From: Octopus vulgaris
Taxonomy: Eukaryota
DNA length: 64,000 bases
Direction of reading: 5' to 3'
Assembly: GCA_951406725.2 (NCBI GenBank)
Contig: OX597823.1
Location: 117,552,001 to 117,616,000 of the forward strand
Program-made: the position numbers and the translations under genes
Notes under the pieces: generated by a model
What the model saw: the letters and a program-made list of their open reading frames with translations, nothing else
Databases searched by the model: none
Told to the model about the DNA's origin: nothing
Shown here: positions 35,988-49,392 of the stretch, in pieces
How the letters are laid out: every line of letters begins with the position of its first letter
How positions within the stretch are numbered: the stretch's first letter is position 1

Positions 35988-36345
35988 TCATCATCATCAT
36001 CGTTTAACATCAGCTTTCCATGCAAGCATGGGTTGGACGGTTCAACCAAGGTCTCGGTAGCCAGGAGGCTGCACTAGGCTCCAGTCTGATTTGGTAGTGT
36101 TTCTACAGATGGATGCCCTTCCTAATGCCAACCACTCCATGAGTGTAATGGGTGCTTTTTATGTGCCACCAGCACAAGTGCCAGGGGAGGCTGGTAGTGT
36201 CCACAATCAGATGGTGCTTTTTACGTGCCACCGGCACAGAAGCCAGTTAAGGCGGCGCTGGCATCGGCCATGTTCAGATGGTGCTTTTTACGTGCCACTG
36301 GCACAGGTATCACAACTACAGTTTCCATTTGATATTTATTTTGAT
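35988..36345 (-). mobile_element. RTE-tailed repeat (family D) with internal GGTGCTTTTTACGTGCCAC subrepeats
   Basis: Reverse complement of 55860-56180, with a (CAT)n tail. Confidence 0.85.
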
Positions 36346-37200
36346 CAAAGTTTTGTCTGACAATCTCAGCCTTTATTCTGGCTATGCCTTCAGTTTAAAG
36401 GTACAGCAGATAAGGCAAGAGCATTTGCCTTTTTCAGTTGAGAGAACTTTTTCTTGTCTCAAAGAGCCTATTGTACTACTTGAGGGGAGAGAAGACCTAG
36501 TCTGCTTCAAATCTCTCATAAACAGAGCTATATACTTTTTCCTTTTGCCCTTTCATGAATCAGTTGCCTTTGGCAAAAAAATGTTTGATTTTATGAAGTT
36601 CTCCAACCTATATGTCTATTCTTGAAATTGATAGATCTAAAAGGTCTGTAATATTTATTTTGTTTTGTGGTACAGTTTGCCTTTACAGAACTGCTGTATG
36701 AACAGACTATAGTATATGGACTTGTGTAAGAGGTGCTGCTGAGATTAATGTTGTTATTACTGTCACTATCTTCAAAATATTTTATTTGAGCATTTGGGAT
36801 ATTTTTATTCAATTAACTGTTCACTATACCATTCATTATCTCCTTCCTCTTGTACATTGAGTTGTCTTGTTTGAATTTTGTGCTTTTTTAGCCATTGTAG
36901 TATTTAGACTTGCAACATAATGATGATGTGTGATGGCCATTTTGGATTTTAAAATGTAATGTGCATAAACATAATTTTTAAAGTTTGTGAAATAAACTTT
37001 ATTTTTTTTATTCATAATTTCATCATTCCCCCCCCTCCTCATATCAAAAGCAAACCTTTCTCGGGCAATTATGGTGCTTTTTACAAGAACTCCAATGAAA
37101 ATTTCATTTGGTAATGCTTGAATAGATCATATTTTGAAGAGAGAAGCAAAACAATGCTTTCGCACAATGAAAATAAAACATAATGATAATAATAATAATT

Positions 37201-39015
37201 AGGTGTCTGATAACATATCAAATTTTATTAGAAGATCAATGAAGAATCAGAATGCAGAGTTAACTTCATGTGAAAAATCTTTGGAGAGGGTTAACATCAA
37301 GAGAGGCATGTTTCAAGGAGATAGCCTATCACCATTGCTGTTCGTGATTTGCATGATACCTCTCATACAGATTCTACGGAAAGTGACTTTGGGGTACATC
37401 TTGGAAAGTGGAAGAAAATTAAATCCTCTGTTATATATGGATGTCTTTGATCTTTGGGATGACCAAACATGAAATAACTGGCCTAGTTTCAACAGTGCAC
37501 ATATTCAGTAAGGATATCGGAATGGAATTTGGGACTGAAAAGTGCGGTATGCTTATAATGCAAAAAAGCAAAGTAATGTCATCTGATGGTGTAGAACTAC
37601 CCAACGGCAAGGAAACCAATGGTACTGAGACTAATGGATATGGATATTTGGGTATTTTAGAATACAATAAAATCAAGGAAAGTGAGATAAAGGAAAACTT
37701 TAGGCGAGAATATCTCAGAAGAACCAAATTAATTGTGGGAAGTAGGCTCAATGAAAAAAACAAGATCAGGGCAATGAAAACATGGGCTGATTCCTTAATA
37801 CAATATGGTGCAGATGTTGTTAGGTGGACAAAGAGCGAACTTGAGGAAATGAACAGGAAAACCAGAAAAGTGATGACAATTAATAAGGAACTACAGCTAA
37901 AAAGCGATACTGACAGGCTGTATGTGCCTAGGAACAAGGGAAGAAGAGCCCTTATAGGATGCAAGATCTGTGTTGTCAAAGAGAAGAACAGTCTGGGATG
38001 GTACATCAAACAGCAGAGTGAATCCTTGCTTGCTGCTGTTAGAATTAATAATACAATACTTACTGAAAATATGATGCACCCACAAACAAGAAGAAAGAGT
38101 AAACGACTGGAAAATGAAATCAGTGCAGCATGGGCAATACTTGAGAGAAATCAAAGGAAAAGACAAGATGAACACTTGGAGATGGCTAAGAAAAAGCGAT
38201 CTGAAAGGATGCAGTGAAGCATTGATTTGCAGCACTCAAAAGCAAGCTCTAAGAACTAATTACACCAAGTTCCAAATTTGATAAGAGTAGCGAATCGCCC
38301 CTTTGTAGGATGTGTGACAGCAAAAACGAGACAATCTCACATATTGTGAGTGAGTGTAGCAAGTTGGCCCAAAAGCACTACAAAAGGAGGCACGATAATT
38401 TGGCTAAGTTTGTTCACTGGAGGTTATGTGAAAAGTGCAGCCTGGACAGAAATAGTGCAAACATGAAGAAGAGGGAGTCGCTGACTACAATGACTATAAG
38501 ATATTGTGTGATTTTACAATCTAGTGTGACTTCCTAATCAATGACCAGATATTGTTGTGATAGATAAAGGTAAAAAAAGAAACCAAAATTATAGATATTG
38601 CAATACCTGGGGATGCATGCATAAGTGACAAAGAACTAGAAAAGATTGAAAAGTACAGACTATTAAAAGACAAAATTGCAAGAACGTAGACTATGAGGAG
38701 AGTGTCTGTCATCCCAATAATTGTAGGGGCGCCCAGAGCACTAAAACCAAGTTCAAGAAATATGTCAGAGAAATCGGAATTGACATGAGAGCAGAGCAAG
38801 CCCCAAAATCTGTTCCACTGGGGACAGCTAGGATTTTGAGATTTGTACTTGGATGTTCAATGTATTTAACAACCAAATATCAAAGCTTATAATGTGCAGA
38901 AAGAGGTCCTGAGAGACCTCTGACAACAGGCTGCTGTCCAGTCTCACAGAATCAACCAGAGCAAACAAGACTAAGCACTCTGAGAAGCGAAAGAAAATAA
39001 TTAAAAGTAATAATA
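37201..39015 (+). mobile_element. R4/Dong-type LINE, 5'-truncated (RT plus RLE endonuclease), degenerate
   Basis: RGMFQGDSLSPLLF, LLYMD, IGMEFGTEKC, RLYVPRNKGRR, C..C...ETISHIVSEC, RRHD, PDIV..IIDIAIPGD. Flanked by (TAA)n remnants. Confidence 0.92.
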
Positions 39016-39567
39016 AGAGAGGGATTCTTTGGGTCCCTGAAGTCAACTTTGCTTTCCATCCTCTTAGAGTTGATAAAAAATAAGTTCCAGTGAAGTACTG
39101 GTGTCAGTGTAATTGACTAGCTCCCTACACTCAAAACTGTTGGCCCTGTGTTAAAATTTAAAACCTGTATTATCATCATCATCTTCAGCAGCAGCAGTAG
39201 TAGTAGTAAATCTAAAGCAGCCCTTCCAAAAGACAGAATCTGTTTTATGTACTTAGCCCTTATCATATGTCAACTGGAACCCTTGTTAAATATATCAGAA
39301 ATTACAGTCAAATTGATTACAAAATTGCTGAAATCTCCATCTTAATTATTCTAATTATAAGGGAACACAATGCTAGGAATTAATTTTCAATTAAAAATTA
39401 GTCATTTAGCCAAAATATTTCTGTCCATCTTCCCTGAAACATGTTACTAATGCATTAGTAACATAGCAAGCTTGTATGCACAGCTTCTGGTCTTTTAATT
39501 CTATAAGAAAACTTTCCAGTGACCTTTGCAGTAAAAGATCAACCAGAAGCCCCATCTTTGAGTCAAG

Positions 39568-39568
<1 letters not shown>

Positions 39569-39611
<43 letters not shown>
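39569..39611. repeat. (CA)n microsatellite
   Basis: Direct reading. Confidence 0.95.
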
Positions 39612-39613
<2 letters not shown>

Positions 39614-40475
39614 CCGAGCTCACTTTTCTATTTGCTTTTCTGGCAAGATTAAATGTAATTACCTGTGAGGTTTATTTAAGATTAGCTGCAATTATCCAAG
39701 AATACTTGCATCGATGCCAGTTTATAAACAACGTCAACAAGCTGGAATTAAGGATAGATTTTAATTAATTGGCATTATCTTCAGCAGCAGCATCTTTATC
39801 ATCATCAGCACCACCATTACCATTATCATCCCCACTGTCATCATCCTCATCATCAGAACCACCCACCACCATCACCACCATTTTACTTTTGCCTTCTCAG
39901 TATCTCATTAAATCAATCATGGGAATTTGATGTTATTCTTCAACACAGATCATTTTATGCCAACGTATCTATATAGGTTAACTTCTCTTTTTTTTATGCT
40001 TCTTTACAAGCTAAGGGAAAGACTCAAATGGGTTAATGGTATGAATTTTCGATTAAAAATTTATGATATGCTGTAATGGTTGCTTATGTGAAAAAATTCC
40101 TAACCAACTGAAATTTATCTCTTAGTTGGAGAAAGAAAAAAATATAGCAATTGTAAGTACAGGTATAGCTCAATTTCCATAGTTTTAAGTTATGTCTTTT
40201 TTTACTTTACATTGACTTTTTTTCAAAGAAATTAATGGTAAAATAAAGCTCAACTTCATTCAATTTATCTGACTTTATGCCAGTTTCAGTGAACATATTT
40301 ATTTAAAAGCATTAAAAAAAATAAACACTTAAAACCAATATGAAGTGAAAAGCCAAAAAAAAAAATCTATGTGAGAAAATATGTACAAATCATTTATTAA
40401 AACAGATATAAGTAAATAAATTTTTAAAAGTAATTTTTTGTGTTATGATGTGTTTTGAGTTAAGTCACATGTCTT

Positions 40476-40702
40476 TAACGCTTTAGCATTCAAACCAGCC
40501 ATATCCGGCCTAACTATTTTACCTCCTTTTTGTTCAAAACCAGTCAGATCCAGCCTCTTACCCTATCCTACAATATTATTCCCAAAGTAAAGAGTCACAT
40601 TTCAGAAATCTCACAGCTATGAGATAATCCAGGATTAACTCAATGCAATATGAATAAACAAGCATCACATTTGGTCGAATAATGTGAATACTAAAGGGTC
40701 AA
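40476..40702. mobile_element. piggyBac-like MITE, diverged
   Basis: TTAA-CGCTTTAGCATTC ... GAATACTAAAGGG-TCAA. A related inverted copy ends AAAGGGTTAA at ~42930-43028. Confidence 0.6.
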
Positions 40703-41019
40703 ACCAATTACAAACAGAAGTTGAGCTGAGAGATACCACCATGCTGAAATAGCAGTCAAAACCCTGACTTTAAAACCACCTTAAATGTTCATATCGTGCC
40801 ATGAGAGAAGACAGAGAGACAAAATAAACTAGCAAAAAAGATTTTACTGGACAATTCAAGATCCTGGATTTCTGGCTTTGCTTCAGAGAAGCTCTGCCTT
40901 CTTCAGTTGAATATACCAAATAAGCACATAAATACAGATATATATATATATACAGAACATACGTTATACTTACATATATGAACACTCATATGTGTATATA
41001 TATATATATATACGTGTGA

Positions 41020-41058
<39 letters not shown>

Positions 41059-41812
41059 GCATATATATATATATAGATAGATAGATAGATAGATAGGTTT
41101 AAGAGACAGAATCACCCTCAAGCAACTCAATCATCATTGAATGACATTATCCACAATAGGTAGATGTAGGACTAAATATTAAAATTATCAAAATTAATAC
41201 CTACAATTCTTATTCCAAATTATCAAAATTAATACCTTCAATTCTCATTTCAAATCATACTTTACTACACGCGTTTCATGACAACATATTCCTCAGTATT
41301 GCTGAAATAGAACGTCTCTAAATACAATACCATATAAAAACGATTATATTGCCAATCTTCAAGTCTAGCATATATGAACTTATTTTGCTATTTACATCCT
41401 GTATAAAGAAATGACAAACTAAAATAATATAACTAGTAGTTGTTGGAATAATTTTACTTTAGTAAATAATGAACAGAAATGTGGAATAAAAGTAGGAAAA
41501 AGAAATGTTAGTAAAAAGAAATGTTAACTTACCTGTATGGTAATTTTCTCTCCATGAATTAAACATGGCTACTAGCAATCATATAATTCAACAATCCATT
41601 TCTGGCCTTCTTTTTGTTGAATTAGGCATGGTTTCTACAGAATTGTCACTGTATACCCTTCTTATCATTATTATTAAATATAATTCTCAACTGCATTGTA
41701 AAATGGGTTTCAACCCAGGGCTAGAGACCAATCTTAGTAACACCTACAACGTGATTCAAAGCTTGTGTTGAATCTTGTTTTTTATCTTTCAGATCTTATT
41801 TGTTTTCAACAA

Positions 41813-42506
41813 TGAGTGCAAAATAGTGCAAAAATGATCCAAACAGATTCTGTTATATCTGTAGGGAACTGACTTTTGCTAAAGAAAAGCACAGTATTAT
41901 ATGCCATATCAAGAAAATATACAAGGCATACTTTGATTGTTACTTAGGAAACCAGGATAAGTCATGGGTGCCTCATGGGTGTTGCCTTACATGTGTGAAG
42001 ACATTGAGTGCCTGGTATGGGATGTAACATGTCTCTAAAAGTTCATGTGCTTCACTCACATTTGGATAATGTGAGTGATGAACATGGCGAAAGATTCCAT
42101 CAGGATATTTCAGTGATGGAGTGATGATTCAAAGGAAAATGGAACCCTGGCATGTTGATAGACTACTGCTGGGGTATAAAAAAAGAAGATTACACTCCAC
42201 ACAAGAGGCTTAGAAGGACAAAAGTTGTTTAAACTGACAGGTGTGTTTTTAATTCATAACCAATATATGTTTTGTTATACCAACTAAATTTTTGTTTTGT
42301 TTTTTGTAACTTTCAGTACTTGCAATGTTGTGTTCAATACGCAATATTATGCAGTATATTATAAAACGTATGGTTCATGGTACAGGAAAACGGTGCCCAA
42401 TCTGGAGGAATAAAGGTCAGAATCAGTATCAGGACAATCTTTTGACCCAGAAACAAGTCTTTCTTAACTTGTACTTTTTTTGAACCTGAAATTTGTTTCA
42501 CAGAGT
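41813..42506 (+). mobile_element. Internally deleted DNA transposon, probably CMC/Chapaev3-like
   Basis: N-terminal CKNDPNRFCYIC..AYF..LGNQDKSWVPH.CC is fused to C-terminal GCNMSLKVHVLHSHLD..SDEHGERFHQDI..DYCW. Superfamily name is from recall. Confidence 0.65.
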
Positions 42507-44775
42507 AATAAGACCTGGGGTCGATTTGTTTGACTAAAACCTGTCAAGGCAGTGCTCCAGCATGGCTACAGTCAAATGACTGAATCAAGTAAAAGAAATA
42601 AAAGAAAGAATAAAGAATATATATTAATGTTTGCTTTTATGTTTAGATATAATAAAAACAACAATTTTACATGAATCTGATGGGTTTACTTTTGTAGAAT
42701 ACAAATTCATTATTCTTATACAACAATGTTGTTGACAGTGACTTCAAAGTTTCAGCCAGCTAAGCATTCATTGGACTGCAGTATTCACAAATGCCAAGAG
42801 CTACCTTAATTCTGAAGTATTCAGATTACCTTGTCTAATGTAACACTTATTTATTCAAACTGTTTTGGACTAATTATATATTACCTCATAGCAACAAGGT
42901 TTCAGTAATGTGCTTATTTTTAGAATGGCATTGTAGGTAGGTGTGAGAGGCCAAATCTGGCTGGCTTGAATATAAAGCAGTTAAAATATAAGGGCCAGAT
43001 AGGGTCAGTTTAAATCTTAAAGGGTTAACTTAATCAAAACTGCTTTGTCAATTTGTTAGTGACTGTATTGGAATTCTGCAAAGCCAAGAAAGAGAAGAAA
43101 CTTAAATAAAACCCACAGGAAAATATCTATGCTCGACTGCTTACTTGATGATGTCTAAATTCCAATTAAACAGCTCTGTTTTTGCTTTAGACATTGGCTC
43201 TTACTATTTTGGAGAGGAATTTGCGAAATAAATCTAAAGACCAAACATATATAAATTCCTGTTCTCATTCTTTCAAACAGTTATGTGCACATACAACCAT
43301 TAATATACACATACATATGCATAGTCGCACATAGATGAACACACACACATATATATGGTCATACATGCACATGTACATACAATGAAAGGCCACACTTTCA
43401 ATTGATGCAAATGAAAACAGCCAAACTCTTCTCTAAGGTAAATTCTCACTTGAATTTCATTTCTAATTATTAAAGAATTCTTCTCAAGAGTTGCAGCTAG
43501 TAAGAGAAAGATATATTGGCAAGAAACCAAGTCTTTATATTAAATTCTTTGGATAGAAACCGCATCGCTTAATAGATGGCAAAGGATCAAGTTGAAAACT
43601 TTCAGCTGGGCTTGAGCTCTGAAGCCAAGTTGTATTCTTGGCAAGTTCCTGTTGGAAAACATTACCAAAAGACTTAAACAAAAGGGAGATAATCAGTAAC
43701 AGCTCAATGCTTTTAGACGACAAAGTGAAAATATCTGAGAATTTCTTTTGTGGTATTGTTTAAATAGAATAGAATAAAATAAAATATTTTTGGACAATTT
43801 TGATTCTGTTTCACACACACACACACACTCTTACATACCTAATCATGTACATATATATTTGTACCCTATTATATATACCTATGTGTATACACATATATAT
43901 GTACATGTGTGTGTGTGTGTGTGTGTGGACTGAAAAGAAGAGAGCAACAAAGAGGGAGAAAGAGAGAAACATGCATAAAAACCAACCCTTATCATTTCCC
44001 TTTCAATTTACAGCCAAATGTCCGAGATGACACTAGAGAGAGATTCTTGTTTGTTTTTGTATTTTTTCTGCAAATTTGGAGGAATATATGGAGATAAATC
44101 ATTGCAAAAGCATTATTAGAGCTGGAAGGATGCCTTCTCCTACAGCCACCTATTCAACAGCTTAGGATTTTCTACGTAGTTGTTCCAACTATAAGAAATA
44201 ACAGCAAAATCCTCCTTAAACCACACACTATCACCTTTAGAAAAGGACACATTAGAAAATATAGTCCAGCAAACACTATCTTGTCTTGTCTTCAGACAGC
44301 ATTCACCCAGGGTGGGTTGAGCTGGCTTCATTCATCCTCAATGCTGCATCTCTTACAAATGCCGACCAGGCCTGGTGATTTGAGGCTAACGACCTGGTGA
44401 TCTCCAACCACTCCTTATTCCAGCACCAAACACTGTAGACATGGGGGCCTAGGTTGGGTTCCAGATCAGCCTTGACTGTCATCAGCCAGGTTTTTCATTG
44501 TCCACCACATTGCTTTCACCAACCCTGAAGGGGAGCTGGGGCAATTGCTTCGTAGATGAATTCTCCTGGTTGACGATGGAGGGCAAACATTCCCCATGTA
44601 CATCTCACCAGCATACACTATGTTTGAATAAAAGACAGGATGGTCATAGCTGGATAGTTTCTGCTTGAGTGAAACATCATCAACAGCGAAGTAGTTGTTC
44701 AAGATGTATTTCATTTAGGTGAAACACAGAATCCAGTAAAATAATCATCAGCTTTGTCTGAGGAACATGAAACAA

Positions 44776-45180
44776 TAGGTGCAAGCATGGCTGTGTGGTA
44801 AGAAGCTTGCTTCCCAACCACATGGTTCCTAGTTCAGTCCCACTGCATGTCACCTTGCGTAAGTGTCTTCTACTATAATCTCAGGCTAACCAAAGCCTTT
44901 TGAGTGGATTTAATAGATGGAAACAGAAAGAAACCTGGTGTGTGTGTGTGTGTGAGAGAGAGTGTGCGTGTGTGGGAGTGTGTGTGTGTGTGTGTGTGTG
45001 ATAACTAATGCTGATGTATTTACATCCCTGTAACTTAGCAATTTGGCAAAAGAGACTGATAGAATAAGTACCAGGCTTTAAAAACAGTCTAGGGTCGATT
45101 TGTTCAACTAAAATCCTTTAAGGCAGTGCTCCAGCATGGCCACAGTCAAATGACTGAAACACGTAAAGGATAAAAGATAG
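44776..45180 (+). mobile_element. SINE family B
   Basis: Collinear with 5750-6200. Confidence 0.88.
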
Positions 45181-45495
45181 TACTTGTAGCAAGGTTTGAA
45201 CCTCTAATAACCTACATTCTCTTGACTCCACAATAATGATTTCAAAAACACCTACTTTCAGCTAGAAAAAATGAAGCAAGCTAATTCAAATGATGTACTA
45301 TCCCTAATTGTTCTTTAATTAAGTTGACAAATTAGCACAAATTTGTAAGTTAGCTGACTCAGTGTGAATTAACATATATTTTCTCAATGGTTAAATGCTG
45401 TTTCTTGTGACAAGAACTTAAGCAATAAAGTCAACTTGGTTATCCGCAACCAAGACTTCAGTTATATTCCTTGAAACAATGCAGTCAGTTTGATA

Positions 45496-45894
45496 TTCTT
45501 TTATTTGTTTCAGTCATTTGACTGCGGCCATGCTGTAGCGCCACTTTTAGTTGAGCAAATCACCCCCGGGACTTATTGTTTGTAAGCCTAGTACTTATTC
45601 TATCAGTCTTTCTTGCCGAACCGCTAAGTGACAGGGACGTAAACACACCAGTATCGGTTGTCAAGCGATGTTGGAGGGACAAACACAGACACACAAACAC
45701 ACATACATACACACACACATATATATATATACGACAGGCTTCTTTCAGTTTCCATCTACCAAATCCACTCACAAGGCTTTGGTCAGCCCAAGGCTATAGT
45801 AGAGGACACTTGCCCAAGGTGCCATGCAGTGGGACTGAACCCAGAACCATGAGGCTGGTAGGCAAGCTACTAACCACACAGCCACTCCTGAGCC
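45496..45894 (-). mobile_element. SINE family B
   Basis: Full-length reverse copy. Confidence 0.9.
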
Positions 45895-45899
45895 TTTCG

Positions 45900-46284
45900 A
45901 GAATAGGGTTTTTATTCCATGAAACTGTGCAGTTTGACTTTCCGGGACTTTCTGTTGAACTTACTGGATAAATTCAGGTGTTCTGATGATATCAGAGTGT
46001 TTAGAATACTTCTTATGCTTTGATACTGGTGATACGTTTCCATCTTCAGTCTCTAGCTCCTTACAAACTTTATAGATGAAAGATCTGGCCTTTTTTAAAA
46101 ATTGAGATATTTCTAAATCGCTATGCTCAGCCTTTATAACCACAATAACAGCATGCCTCTTCATTTCTTGAGTAAGGTGAGTGTCTGCCATTATTATTTT
46201 CTGAAACAAAGATTATGCAGTGTTAGCAAAAAATGCAGCAATGACCCAAAAGAGGTATGTCCTCAAATATGTTATGCACCCTGT
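45900..46284 (-). mobile_element. Tc1/mariner-superfamily 5' end (TIR plus HTH N-terminus)
   Basis: TA-CAGGGTGCATAACATATTTGAGG terminus. ORF MADTHLTQEMKRHAVIV..SDLEISQFLK..IRTPEFI. Confidence 0.65.
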
Positions 46285-46344
46285 ATAATAGTATAAGCAT
46301 ATTAATAAAAAAAAAAAAAAAAAACGCCATTATGAACCTGATAT

Positions 46345-46740
46345 ACTCTTTACTCTTTTACTTGTTTCAGTCATTTGACTGCGGCCATGCTGGAGCACCA
46401 CCTTTAGTCGAGCAACTTGACCCCGGGACTTATTCTTTTGTAAGCCCAGTACTTATTCTATCGGTCTCTTTTGCCGAACCGCTAGGTTACGAGGACATAA
46501 ACACACCAGCATTGGCTGTCAAGCAAACTCAGACACACAAACATAGACACACATACATATATATATACATATATACGACGAGCTTCTTTCAGTTTCCGTC
46601 TACCAAATCCACTCACAAGGCTTTGGTCGGCCCGAGGCTCTAGTAGAAGACACTTGCCCAAGGTGCCACGCAGTGGGACTGAACCCGGAACCATGTGGTT
46701 GGTAAACAAGCTACTTACCACACAGCCACTCCTGCGCCTA
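46345..46740 (-). mobile_element. SINE family B, young intact copy
   Basis: Complete head AGGCGCAGGAGTGGCTGTGTGGTAAGTAGCTTG with CpGs retained. Confidence 0.92.
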
Positions 46741-47117
46741 TATCATAGTAGTAACTGAATATTACGTTCATGTGACTCTCTTATCATCATTGTCATAAAT
46801 GTCATCACTGCTATCATAACCATCGTAGCCATCAACATGACCATCAATGTCATTATGATCCCCTTTGCTGCCAACATTGTCATCATCTTCATAGTAGTTT
46901 TCATCGTAATTTTCATCATCATCACCATCACCACCACCACCACCACCACCATCGTCGTCATCATCATCATCTTATATCTACTTTCCATGCCAGGCTGTGT
47001 TGGATAGGTTCAAGTCCTCATAAATGTTTACCAATATTTCAAATCTATGTGGATCCACACCAACATGTATATACAGTTACATATTCAAATGTAAACACAA
47101 CAACAAACATGTATGTA

Positions 47118-47630
47118 CCGTAAATCCTCAAGTATAGTCCGCCCTTGAGTATAATACACAAGGGATTTTCTGCGGGCTGTACCTCTGAAAAACCTAAACC
47201 TTGTGTATAATATGCACCCCTTCTCTAACTTGAGTCAAGGAGGTCTATATAACGTCCTTGGTTTGTAAAAATGTATACGGTAACATCCTTTATTATTATT
47301 GTATATATATAACATAATGCAAACATGTAGCTTTTTTGTGCATTTTGTTTACAGAAAATAAAGAAATAACAGTAATAGCGTTTAATAAATGTTGCTTACT
47401 GCAAGTTATGGATGATTCTTTTATGACTTCATTGCTTTCAGGCTTAGCTTAAGGTATTTTCGCGCCAACATCACAAAATGCATCTGAATAAACATTGCCG
47501 GACAGCAAATAGAGACTCGGACATTACTTAGAAAATATTTTTCATTTTTAACCTCGTATATAATACGCACTAAGGATTTTGACCTTTAAAGTTTGGGGAA
47601 AAAATGCAGATTATACTCGAAGATTTACGG
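47118..47630. mobile_element. pogo/Tc1-mariner-type MITE (second copy)
   Basis: TA-CCGTAAAT...ATTTACGG-TA. Highly similar to 22110-22589. Confidence 0.92.
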
Positions 47631-48524
47631 TATGTGTTTACATACACATATACATATATAGAGAGACAGACAGCCAGACAGACAGATGGATAGATTGATA
47701 GATAGACAAAATGGCATCGTTCTTCCTCTTTGTTTTTATTAATTATGACTAAATAAACTAAATTCACATCTTACATATGTAGCTTTCTAAACTTTGCTCC
47801 TCTCTAGAATTTCCACCTTGCATAAGCTTTTCCCACAGATGCTAACACTCTGATATTCTTGGACGTCCTACAAAGTGCTCAACACTTCCCTTCTTAGAGA
47901 GAAAACCATCAATAAGTGGAATAAATGTACAAGTATGGTGAATAAGCAAAAACAAGAAAAAAGACAATGTGATATAAGTTTTAACAAAGTTTTAAGTTTT
48001 AAATGTGAGATAAGTTTTATAGCTGGCCCCGTGCCATCAAAAATGATGGGTAATTGTAGTATTTTATATATAAATAACGTATGAAATAAGATACATAATA
48101 ATCACACATAAAAACATTCACATACACACATATACTCACAGAGTTGAAATGCTGTTTGATTTCTCTTTTCAGCATTGAACTTCACCATCCCATTTCCATT
48201 GCGTGCACACACACACACACACACAAAAATTTACATACACACACATGTACTCACACAGAGTTGAACCGTCGATTTTTTTCACCCCTTCCTTTCTTATTCA
48301 TATGTTGTGATGGAGAAAAACAGAAGATACACGACGTACTTTTGCCACTTCCTTTCTCTCATTGCTATTACTTTCTCTCACTCTCTCTCAATAAGGGCTA
48401 TTACTCTCATTACTTCTCCTTCACTGAATTACTATTTTTTCTTCTCTCCCTTCACTTATACTACTCTTTCTCCTACTCCGTGATTTTGGACAAATATACA
48501 TACATACATATATACATATATATA

Positions 48525-49210
48525 TATAGTTAATCCAAACATGAAAACACAAAGAGAAAACACAGCAGGAAGGAAAGAAAGAAGGAAGATTTATTGTTTC
48601 AAGCGGAGCTCTTCATCAGAAGCATAGAGAAAGGAAAGATCCAAGGAAGGGAAGACGGAGGGAAAAAAATCGCCAACAATACAGACGCGGTCACAACAAA
48701 TTTGGGATTTTACCAATAGAACCACAACTCCTATTTCAGGATAACCTTATTGCATGGAATACACTGTCAGTGAAGAGGTCGCAGTCTTAAAGCGACGAAA
48801 ATATTTTGACAAATTAAACTTAAATGTTGAAGTAAATCGAACGGCTTTTGTGTGTTTCTTAAATGGCTTACAAACATCTTCCACACTGCAATTGTTTTCG
48901 TTTCAGCACACGATCTCAGATCAAATCACTTGCTATGCAAGTACATCTCAGCATTTAGAAAACCTACTATAAAATACAATAACATTATTTGGCAAAATAT
49001 ATATAACTTACCTGTTATTAGTCTGTGGGGAAAGAAGATATTTTTAATCAACGCTACACTTTATATAGGAAGAGTTCACGAATAAAACAAAAGACGAAGA
49101 CAGGTGGTGTAGAAAACAAACAGATGTATTAGTATAACACTCAGGAATTGAAAAAGTCTTTTACGTTTCGAGCCTACGCTCTTCTACAGAAAGGGACACA
49201 GAAAAAAACA
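48525..49210 (-). mobile_element. Penelope-like terminal fragments with minimal hammerhead motifs
   Basis: Minus strand CUUU-CUGUAGA-AGAGC.GUAG.GCUC-GAAAC-GUA-AAAG at 49158-49193, and CUGAUGA-AGAGC.UCC.GCUU-GAAAC at ~48595-48622. Confidence 0.6.
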
Positions 49211-49256
<46 letters not shown>

Positions 49257-49392
49257 AATATATAAAACCACTACACTCATTATTATATTAGGAGATGGTT
49301 TATAGGAAAGGAAAAGGATCATTTGTGATACATCGGAGAAAAGAAAAGAAAAGAGAAAAGGTATAAGAAAGAACAAAACTTTGACTGTGTGC

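Noticed and set aside
44466-44714. 82-aa ORF as a host exon
   Set aside because: No convincing splice sites or domain; it may be a decayed RTE fragment, but I cannot support either call.
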